From contig JBEKNT010000001.1 in assembly GCA_049522565.1 (NCBI GenBank), positions 677 to 64,676 of the forward strand: a stretch of DNA of 64,000 nucleotides, written 5' to 3'. How positions within the stretch are numbered: the first letter of the stretch is position 1; each line of letters starts with the position of its first letter. Shown here piece by piece: positions 47,801-51,114 of this stretch. This DNA comes from Acetobacteraceae bacterium (lineage in GTDB: Bacteria; Pseudomonadota; Alphaproteobacteria; Acetobacterales; Acetobacteraceae). Below the pieces are notes generated by a model. The model was not told the origin of the DNA and did no database searches. It saw only the letters and a program-made list of their open reading frames with translations. The position numbers were made by a program, and so were the translations under genes.

Positions 47801-49029
47801 TGACGCTGACCGGCGATATCGAGGATCCGATCGGTGCGATCAGCCTGAGCGCCGCCGGCGGCAACATCGTGGCGTCGGGCAACGCGGAGCTGGTGCGGGG
47901 CGCGTCGGTTACCCTGGATGCCGGCGGCAACATCGGCACAGCGGCGCAACGGCTGACCGTGGATGTGGTGGACAGTCCGCAGGCCGGGATCACGCTGAAC
48001 GCCAGTGCCGGCGGCGACCTGAACCTCGCGGTGCAAGCGCGGCTGCGCGATCCGTCGGCCTTCATCTTCACGCCGACGCTGGGCGACCTTGTCGCGGGCG
48101 GCAGCATCAACCTCGATCTGTTGCAGCCGGTGCGCGACAACACGGTTGTGGGGCCGGAATACAAGGTCACGGTCTACGACCAGTCGCCGACCTACGGACT
48201 TTTGACGACCACGCACAACGAGAACGCCTGGCCGAACGACGTTGGCGGGCCGCAGCCGCTGCCGCCCGGCGTCTTCGCCACCGGGAGCACGCCGTACGCC
48301 GCGACCTACTCGATCGGCCTGCTGGAAGCGGGTGGCAGCATCAGCGTGATCGACCCGGGCTCGACCCCCATCGGGCTGGCCGCGAAGGTCGAGTTGTTCA
48401 CCGCGGGCGGCAGCATCAGCGCGACGATGAGCGGCGACATCACGCTGACCGAGACCACCGGCAACCTGCGCGTCGGCAAGATCGACTCGACGGGCGGCAG
48501 TGTGACGCTGACCGCGCTGGCCGGCAGCATCGTCGGCCCGGCACCCGGGGGCGCCGGGCAGCCGGCAAGTGTGATCGGCGACAATATCGCACTGACGGCG
48601 GCACAGGGCAGCATCGGCAGCCTGAACGACGCGCTGAATATCCAGTTGCTCGGGGGCAAGCTGGACGCGCTCGCGCGGAACGGCATCAACATCTACGACG
48701 TCTCGGGCGCCTTGCCGATCGACTCAGTCGCGGCCGGCGGCGCGGTACTGATTGGGACTGCGGGGGGGAACATCCTGGTGGCGCCCGGCGCCGCCGGCCC
48801 GGAGGTGGTGGGCCAGACGGTCGCGCTGACCGCCAAGGGTGGCATCGGCATCACGGGGAACCCGCTGGTCGTGCAGTCCGCCGCCCCGAACGGGGTCACG
48901 AGCAACGCAACCGGCCGCACCTACATCGACGAGGTCGAGGGCGTGGTGCTGCACGAGGCCGGGTTGACCTGGACGCTGGGTGACGGCGGCACCAGCGCCG
49001 GCAGAGTGAATTGGGCGAGCCTGCTTTGA
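29821..49029 (+). CDS. Giant (6402 aa) extracellular repeat protein with N-terminal LEPR-XLL-type motif; LktA-like filamentous-adhesin-type Ala/Gly/Thr/Val repeats
   Basis: Single uninterrupted 19,209-nt ORF. N-terminus is MAFPFLMAALRAHGERRQRRLAANRRQAEGRLVFEALEPRVLLSAD, with LEPRVLLSAD at 29929-29958. Recurring units of about 45-50 aa, e.g. AAGAAGGTVGIGGSVSVSIIANTVDATIANATVTAAGNVGIIADDQDTIDAYGG. Codon usage and GC3 are consistent with neighbouring genes. Confidence 0.93.
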   Translation: MAFPFLMAALRAHGERRQRRLAANRRQAEGRLVFEALEPRVLLSADALTVALSGDAAHPMAHDVVVEAVSQALPNIESATVQMVQVVDLAANDQVLASAPLGSVSGIKITSGTGDTSLTVATASFGTANVPAITFAGGNGNNTLAVTGSKTTDWNITGNDAGTVTGSAAITFTGVANLSGGAENTNVFTVTQDGALTGTLSGTPDGSAGGNDSLVFKSDTVTNAAFTAAGPHSGTIDMDGSVFTYAGLTPIIFSGNASNITITGTANTDDLTLADTNVAGQLEVASLNNSLESVTFARPSVSLTVDFGTGSNDSLQIGTVQLAGASLTVAGGNGTDSISVDANAYVSTRDTTGNALTAPSVGNSGDLSLSAETITVNTGAKLYANANSGFTSGDVTLDAGSQGGAGQTAAASIAVHGAQIVGGDVDLDSAAGATATITQQTLATLSLDATAQTAIDGASGILATVGDVQIDANVDVTGQVTANAAPLGSLNADAALALSDVTADGAATVSGTTVLGAAGAVDVHSGNTTSVTTLADGSTGGATAVGGAIALADVSTGSTAQLGTGVKVAATTVAVEADSADVVGTTANATAGGATANGAAAQAALAGATTPDGSVTVAAALAATTLKDTNTATSDATTVTTTGGFDVIADTSRLVDTGAIAIGVQGGPGVGAAVALNAISVSSSATLGDTSTIYGNADVDVGTLRTGDIFGAVALSGAGSTDVGVAGALAVNAVSDDAFAGIAAAAQVSLPTGSLTVGVGQDGDAITDALAFLNGASPDPGVGASVAIAPVHFSAEAGVQAGAQLSVGTASSATESDASFSVDAQRTITTVADGGVADGTATAAALALTVAQDGASAELDAGAVVTVQGNLTLTATQTSDVHTSGSAEAGATATVAAFGIVLDNTDATTAATVVAQDAVSLTATGQTASTTLATAGPVGAQDGGPNAAALIAAELGFIGNPPGVTLPTPATADGAFGVAAAMALGVAIGRVSATVLPETASKEAISAQQISLEAAGEVTATTRADASPIDLTSGRVDVGAALALQTGQAIIVAEVDSPISAPDIALLAEAAPGTGITPNTVAGLFTVQAIAGAGESDVGVAGAMAIAGDGITVQALLDSAATSTSSGVVVLAAVGDSTSNVDATALSAADGVGAGASFSLNVSDATVTAEIEDGGSVTGTPGLLLGANGGQNATTTAEGGTDAGTATGAAFALAVVTDEITAGLTTRATAAAGTAILRATGDTTATTTTTGAADGQYAAIGASLALGILVDDVSADVAGRLIATGPVTMTATGTNTQTTTADAGSLGAEDGSLSAGALLANQLALLNDPNGIIVPALTTGAGTVGVAAALSFGVDDATVETDISGRVLTEGDLTMTATGGTTAKSEASGATVDPSLDGTGVAAAVAVMVATPKVSARIDGDALAADATLTANMATPTGHDIESNAESGAGDPNTGVAGSFALTVAAPVTEAVIGGSGILETLPGGNVTLSATGASQIAADARAEILGPGRSGLGASVALDIALDDTHAMLDQGAQVLDANNLTLTAKGTYGSAAHAEAGDQSGGAAGAIAINVAPQDTEAEANPGPSLTLTGTLMLQAEQNQGSIADANGGSSDRGGGFGAALAVNAPVASTTALLDRGANVANAINVIADSTASAEAEATAGIKGGSDDGTADGLSAQWLGVAGTDGSTTPPTIPSISAALANGAQQLGLTLPEVDAAAALSVDAAFGTTSASIAGGDPIIAGGNVLVLATGGSTADSQADASAITTADAGAVGFGFAVDFDDQALDASIGAGTPVSAQSITVQATVPREQAQQASAEAMSGAGASDGIAGALALSLVDNSTEAQILSTAPITAPGFIVVEATGDTSSAATAGEDVNGTVAGTGISLAGNLMVDHTAANVIAGADLNSLGQIRIEADGTQSLQSESAGTATAGLGAVPASLTADVLLATTAASVGDGAKIDTGITGGTATQNLLVLADDSTSLNATAGSLGAGALAGAGAAAQFSDLLKQTTADMDGTVQVAGSVEVEAQSKEAGFTAADAGAMAAGVSVAGGAGVQMGDLLTHAAIDGDAHVRAVGDVVVTALDTTQMDVFAGAVNAAVAASAGAGIGAIGLMKTTEALIENNAVVDAEGEGAGTQVANGFTISFVPGSSIPGEVAKPFLPSALTDIFGILLNNPLHNLISPVGSIPSDDFSSQDRVATPTFTTVHGVAVTALSHDDLALQATGLGASDVAGLELSASGVVDNATTRAEIGAGALVDQSGLPSSTSQSVLVFADGDTQAMVIAGTDSISGLLAVGPAAALLAIDPDTIAFIGAGAKVSAIDDLTVQAVGTDDLLTDATDVVASDLSVAGSVDALVLGGETYAYVDANATVIAGGSVSIVANETSQSENVAGALSDGTSGPVAVGASAGISLVATDTEAWIASDAHVTALGLETDQVPGIETDPTSATDFTVIEGVSVLATTNDLVMDLVANGSAGGFAAFIGSGAGVVIGNTTAAYIGTGAVVHAGAFGLNGLPLANATPATVSVGAVDNTHSFDGIASVVDGDLAISGAADAGVMRDATSATIDAGATIKASGDVDVAAWSTEVVDSFVGGLGLTSGGIELNVSASVYSIGAVAGSDLLDPLSVVGGPGSLESYLDGLLQGMVAQAGQGIVGILNQYAAGVGGQQAAATQLAALTPNDPVTGALTASNLGKIGTLANIDDAKVTAYGNVGVTAVDAVTPDLDTSFTFSYSFGSNDQNLNLSLDGGLLAGRANATASITGGSDVTATDNVAVQSQASTTQTVNSTYAFNSSSDNSSALVDDSRLTAGGDVTVNAQMNGYNKYSGILPGINGLKIRTSYNNEQNTTIASVTGHSVIDADGTVTVNAFSTSEDHTIADGATLLDQGFEGSFTLGVALAWNQIGDTTSATITDSNALAASVAVTATADTEDFTVALGIGDGDNNSVSLGGSGAENLMNDIVSASIEGATVLAPGGVSVLSTDDESLTAITGAAVARTNYGISAAVSLNTSEDVVSAEIGDSTVTTDSGGIQVVAVGTGNMSSLAAGVAQGKNLAGGVGAPVDTLGMLILADVTKGSVLTTGAGVTVTATGNGTIMTLAGGVAIALNQVGVGAAVSINNASDSVTAQIVGSQVTAGGAVDVEALSDPTIEALAFGFAYAPTIAVGGSVAYSYIDDTTTAEVDNSGKTGSKIYAGDGAITVMATDAPYIEVLTGAIAASSGEVAVAASVSINNVNDTVTVGVNDATLTAPVGPIIVQGVASPNILSIAVGGSGDETFAGVGAVADDNVGSTMTVTVGTATAVLTAPVVTVDGADNSNIGSAAYGVAGSGTVSIAGAVATNTITGGMVVSLDSDGVIDAQVADVEATNAATIEVMTGAADGAGTASGGAATSVNAITDDATSQVVGGKINAADTSVTASQTGTIEALATIGSGAGTADLVASVTTNNIYDAATATISSGAVINTGSGGSLTLSSTNGGDIESLSGAINGAGAAAINGAVANNNISLLTSTPGGANTTLENSTVTGGSANVDATDSATILSVAISGGGASTAAVGGSVTKANGNITATVAVTNNKETLTGALDIAASDSGDITTAAGNAEGAGTFAGGAAIAINTLNNNVTATLTGGNANVGSLSVTATANGSLGAVGAIGGGAGTVALDVSDTENTITGSLAAAITGGAVVTANGAVTVGATDQSQIESLSGAADGAGTVGGGAARAHNRIGAVASDPIASDPGDADPDEPSDATPSQAATTATIDDGSFVEGESVAVTAAFTGSIETAAIAGSGAGTAAIAGALTDNLIGDQVTSSISGANTTVFAAGVGQGQITVSATDGATIKSLAGSATGAGVVAVGVSAAVNKLRNAADASIDAANVWSLSGSVAVIASENGLIESISVAGSGGGDVALDAAVSLNDIADDIGATVDDSALVRAAQDITLHASDGGTIESSADGLAISGGFSGAGAVATNEIGDQITAGVTDATLRAIDDSVFILTDDSAGIENFSFAAGAGSIGLTATVSVNEIDNVLMAEIDASTVTAGNDVALDSTDNSSIGSIASQFSFGVLVGAGGAAAYNQIENSVGATIDDGSVVTASSGDVLVEAQEQATIQTLAAGAAGGTVGIGGSVSVSIIANTVDATIANATVTAAGNVGIIADDQDTIDAYGGELAGGFVGAAGSVAVVTLESQITASVENATVAARGITPALIMPDIDQTTGAAVNGSAGGVVVAARDLENAKVIAVTGAGGLGAIAGTVSDVHTATVTDAHITGSQINSASKPGSGVTVHASQATIVTTTLGAIAGGFVAVGGAVQVTTIDNRTQAYIADQVTGRETPGTATAVYANTINVSTATYENVSPTTVGVTVGAVAISGSVAYTNIASSSDAFVRDALLQAKNGAASITVAAEDNASIGTFAGDVSAGFVGAGAAVAVSEIGDTTLATLEGARLDANGAITVSASSTGNITDVAAGAAGGAVGIAGAVLVDSISTETEAATESYGGAATLINQDPGFAGTPGRDGGSLQSVTIEATGNETLDGTAGAAAIGLGAAGAGIQVGSIADLVAANVEGGTVITAAGNVSVTAKDQRNASSDAIAVAGGLLALSGAFSIITIGGAFDPSSVAQVNAGDTGSGPTNDQQLVSNANSSIDEEPAASGISTNQQTTAEGPSATVAQNAVGKLNQPAPTVGDNLFATPTNVSGTFATVDSTGSGGAPRITAGGNIAISASDGFSLNVSDGSGGGGLVSLGLSVGLATVTDTTTASATGGAVLAAGGDITVDANDASSSLSGVGVTTGSVGAIAVGGAVGDATLNLDVTAELGPDVTVTRAAGVDINTTQTANLAANGFDIAGGLAALGDVTTSTTIGGTVVAEVGQGSDLGSAATPIGTLTIAASGSDIGTASTTAGSGGVVAGESNSADATVNPDFSAVLDSDTTSDVAGSVAIVVQTSGVATTSAEGVTIGAGAIGLSDAEATLAIGDSARIGDDAMLTAGGNVTISAEHTTTADPLGQPNGSGVTATADSSGGGAISGNGATAGAYDNSTVAARVGEGSTVDAGGTLAILATVSNSAQANTNTLSIGVVAIGGQTATANTEGQATAALGNGTTVRAFGLEVEGAANDASDATSIAAAGGIFGTTVGAEADTDASPKVTASIGSNANVAVLSTVDVLAIAEPFTNGLAQGSTVSGFYAGGSSNANSSGTPDVEAEIEQDSVVKAGGGVQILAEVPTIGEISNGTFDASNGTVVSLANNEFYLVSPTLLQTGDQVVYETDGGKPIGGLTDGRTYSVINDGNGISLGQTFTGAQVNAATGTIQFAAPDGFMTGDKVVYSANGGTPIGGLVSGETYYVRVINPTTIKLATSLAEAEQVGESFNPTLITGGNLITLANNGFTNGEAVTYRSTGAGVAGLVNGDTYFVQRVNANQFRLSALPNGPALSISPGFFTGGQTLGAEGVAIDGAGITSPQSLTFDLTSLGTGVQRLAGVGGAAALLPFTPNDTYDATANASGGALVGNVGSQTDTTINGTTTAVIGSNTTVQSGGELTISVTAQRPSTAVASGIGAGLVGLGSGSVTTNDTENTSITVGDGSSLVAGQDVMIDVDGGVDANASSQSNGGGAVKVATSNTTVTVDPTTGIFVGQGARITAAFQVTLGAQGEVGGLDQASSGGFGFFASDSDSYTTVTIGAPVNDGTDPAVLSVQIGDGANLSGGNILLIASYDGLNPQVDTYADATGGTVYPTAISSLNMATNALVDVGAGAILSAANQVTLLTNYGAGGTYTLSAVTDRTAVVGHQDAGVGDFQQLASNIDVEDGAVITAHNLQASATIGASEPNIEALEGGYNGDEQPDNIQQSATEIRNIVFDGEAVLTAGPSPVLVVNEFGQIAYEYGVTASVSGGNIVVNPITDTSPGVATFSSDEGSQWMASGNGVEGMQEGSVISGTEGSITFVDTFPSVTLDNGSALNMVVNGIDPVLRTPGAAVNVQLDDTSLFSFTLANVFRPTTITVANTAPTGIGNLTLTGDIEDPIGAISLSAAGGNIVASGNAELVRGASVTLDAGGNIGTAAQRLTVDVVDSPQAGITLNASAGGDLNLAVQARLRDPSAFIFTPTLGDLVAGGSINLDLLQPVRDNTVVGPEYKVTVYDQSPTYGLLTTTHNENAWPNDVGGPQPLPPGVFATGSTPYAATYSIGLLEAGGSISVIDPGSTPIGLAAKVELFTAGGSISATMSGDITLTETTGNLRVGKIDSTGGSVTLTALAGSIVGPAPGGAGQPASVIGDNIALTAAQGSIGSLNDALNIQLLGGKLDALARNGINIYDVSGALPIDSVAAGGAVLIGTAGGNILVAPGAAGPEVVGQTVALTAKGGIGITGNPLVVQSAAPNGVTSNATGRTYIDEVEGVVLHEAGLTWTLGDGGTSAGRVNWASLL

Positions 49030-49043
49030 GCCCGCGCGAGAAT

Positions 49044-49098
49044 CCTCCCCCTCGGCTTGACCCGCGTCGCGGCGCAAGCCCGCAAAGCGAGGGGGAGA
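49044..49098. repeat. Intergenic palindromic repeat, family C (CTCCCCCTCG...CTTGACCCGCGTCGCGGCGCAAGCCC...CGAGGGGGAG)
   Basis: About 80% identical by eye to 51016-51078. Terminal inverted arms CTCCCCCTCG / CGAGGGGGAG. Confidence 0.7.
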
Positions 49099-49133
49099 AT
49101 GCTTCAGCCCGCACACAAGCGGGCGATGTCACC

Positions 49134-51002
49134 ATGCTGGAACCGGCGCTGTGGCGTCAGCTTGCGGACGCGGCCGAGCCGGCGGCGCGGGCCGCGTCCT
49201 GGGCGGCACTGGTAACCAGGCTGATCCCGGGAGCGTATCAGGCGACGGTGGTCCTGGCCGGACCCGAGGGCTTTGCCCCCATCGCGCTCTGGCCGGCGGG
49301 CCAGCCGCCGGGGAACCTGCTGATGGCGGCGGTCGAGGCGGCGCTGGAACAGCGTGCGGGTGCCGTGCGCCTGGGACGCGCCGCCGGCGCAGGGCGGGAC
49401 GCGGCGGCCGGGGAGGGTGCGGCGCGCAACGGCGGAGACCGGGAGGGCGCAGTCGCCCTGCCCCTGCTCGCCGGCACCGCGTTGCTGGGTGCCGCGGCGG
49501 TAGCCCTCACCGGCACCGATGACGCCCGGATCCGTGCCGCCATGCGGCACCTGCAATGGGGCGCCGGCTGGCTGCGCGGCAGCGCCGGCGCGACGGACAA
49601 CGATGCGAGCCCGGGTCCGGAGTCGCACCAGGTCCTCGGCCCGCACCAGATCCTGGAATTGCTCGCCGCGGTGGTCGAGGAGACCAGCTTCCGTGCCGCG
49701 GCCCAGCGCGTGGTGACCGAGACCGCGATCCGCTTCGGTTGCGACCGGGTCAGCCTTGGGCTGTTGCGCGGCACCACGATGAAGGTCGATGCCATCTCGC
49801 ACAGCGCTGTGGTGGAAGCCCGCAGCGGCACCACGCGCTTGCTGGCGGACGCCATGGCCGAGGCGGTGGACCAGCGGGCACTGCTGCGCTTTCCGCCCAC
49901 CACCGAGGACGCGCTCGAGCCGTTGGCGCGGCACGCCCAGGAGCAGCTCGCCGCCCCGAGCGGCGCGGCCATTCTGACCATCCCGCTGTTGCAGCAGGAC
50001 CGGGCGATCGGCGCGCTGCTGTTGGAACGGCCGGGCGCGCATCCTCTGGCGGCGGTGGACATCGCGCGGCTGGATGCGCTGGCCGCCTTGGTCGGGCCGG
50101 TGCTGGCGGAGAAGTGGCGCGACGACCGCTGGGTGGCGACCAAGGTCGGCGAGAGCCTGGCGCGCCAGACCCGGCTGCTGTTGGGTCCGACCCACGTCGC
50201 ACGCAAGCTCACGATGCTTGCGATGGTGCTGTTCGCCGTGCTCGCCGGCACCTGGCACGGCGAATACCACATCATCGCCGAGGCCCGCCTGGAGGGCACC
50301 GTCCGCCGCAGCATCGTGTCCGGCCTCGATGGCTTCCTGCGGGAGGCGCCGGTGCGCGCCGGCGACCGGGTGCATGCCGGCGACCTGCTGGCAGCGCTCG
50401 ACGACCGGGACCTGACGCTGGAACGGTTGCGCTGGACGACCGAGCGTCAGCAACGGCAGTTCGAACTGGAACGCGCCATCGGCGACCGCCGGCGCGCCGA
50501 GACCAACATCCTCCAGGCGCAGCTCGCCCAAGCGAACGCCCAGGTCGAGCTGGCGGATGCCCAGCTCGCCCGTACCCGGTTCGTGGCCCCGTTCGATGCG
50601 CTGGTGGTGGCCGGCGACCACAGCCAGTCGATCGGCGGCGCGGTCCGCCGGGGCGACGTGTTGTTCGAACTGGCCCCGCTGGAGGACTGGCGTGTCCTGC
50701 TGGAGGTCGAGGAGTCGCAGGTCGCGGATGTGCGGCCGGGCCAGCACGGCAGGCTGGTGATCGCCGCGATGCCGTATCAGGGCCTGGACTTCACCGTCAC
50801 CCGCGTCACGCCGGTCGCCGAGGTCAACGACGGCCGTTCCGTGTTCCGGGTGGAGGCGGCGCTGGCCGAGGCATCGCCCCGGCTGCGGCCGGGCATGCAG
50901 GGCGTTGGGCGGATCGAGGCCGGGCAGCGGCTGGTGTCCTGGATCTGGACCCGCCGCATCGCGGAACAGGTGCGGCTGCTGTTCTGGCAGGTGTTCCCGT
51001 GA
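49134..51002 (+). CDS. Tandem GAF-like domains + TM segment + HlyD-type membrane-fusion (periplasmic adaptor) protein
   Basis: I place the start at ATG 49134; track start 49011 overlaps the giant gene and the repeat. GAF-like region: VVTETAIRFGCDRVSLGLLRG...ILTIPLLQQDRAIGALLLERPG...LDALAALVGPVLAEK. TM segment: LTMLAMVLFAVLAGTW. HlyD-like region: VRAGDRVHAGDLLAALDD, coiled coil, RFVAPFDALVV, GRSVFRVEAAL. Confidence 0.8.
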   Translation: MLEPALWRQLADAAEPAARAASWAALVTRLIPGAYQATVVLAGPEGFAPIALWPAGQPPGNLLMAAVEAALEQRAGAVRLGRAAGAGRDAAAGEGAARNGGDREGAVALPLLAGTALLGAAAVALTGTDDARIRAAMRHLQWGAGWLRGSAGATDNDASPGPESHQVLGPHQILELLAAVVEETSFRAAAQRVVTETAIRFGCDRVSLGLLRGTTMKVDAISHSAVVEARSGTTRLLADAMAEAVDQRALLRFPPTTEDALEPLARHAQEQLAAPSGAAILTIPLLQQDRAIGALLLERPGAHPLAAVDIARLDALAALVGPVLAEKWRDDRWVATKVGESLARQTRLLLGPTHVARKLTMLAMVLFAVLAGTWHGEYHIIAEARLEGTVRRSIVSGLDGFLREAPVRAGDRVHAGDLLAALDDRDLTLERLRWTTERQQRQFELERAIGDRRRAETNILQAQLAQANAQVELADAQLARTRFVAPFDALVVAGDHSQSIGGAVRRGDVLFELAPLEDWRVLLEVEESQVADVRPGQHGRLVIAAMPYQGLDFTVTRVTPVAEVNDGRSVFRVEAALAEASPRLRPGMQGVGRIEAGQRLVSWIWTRRIAEQVRLLFWQVFP

Positions 51003-51015
51003 CGGTAGGGAAGAT

Positions 51016-51078
51016 TTCTCCCCCTCCCCCCAACCTTGATCCGCTTCGCGGCTCAAGCCCACAAGGGGAGGGGGAGAA
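51016..51078. repeat. Intergenic palindromic repeat, family C
   Basis: Perfect 14-nt terminal inverted arms TTCTCCCCCTCCCC (51016-51029) and GGGGAGGGGGAGAA (51065-51078). Core CTTGATCCGCTTCGCGGCTCAAGCCC. Confidence 0.75.
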
Positions 51079-51114
51079 GACTTGCCTTTCTGCCCCGATG
51101 CCGGGCTCCCTCTG

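Noticed and set aside
29674-48216. Many long antisense or off-frame ORFs inside the giant gene (e.g. 29674-32196, 31899-34466, 32899-35592, 38860-40962, 41788-44775, 46459-48216)
   Set aside because: They overlap each other in different frames and are Arg/Gly/Asp/His- or Ala/Pro/Ser-rich. They are explained by the extreme GC3 and repetitive nature of the single 19.2-kb sense ORF.
29821-49029. Classical RTX/T1SS adhesin, autotransporter or two-partner-secretion exoprotein
   Set aside because: Reading the translation, I found no GGxGxD nonapeptide blocks, no TPS-type N-terminal domain and no C-terminal barrel-like segment. No ABC exporter, TpsB or TolC gene lies adjacent. This needs confirmation by profile search.
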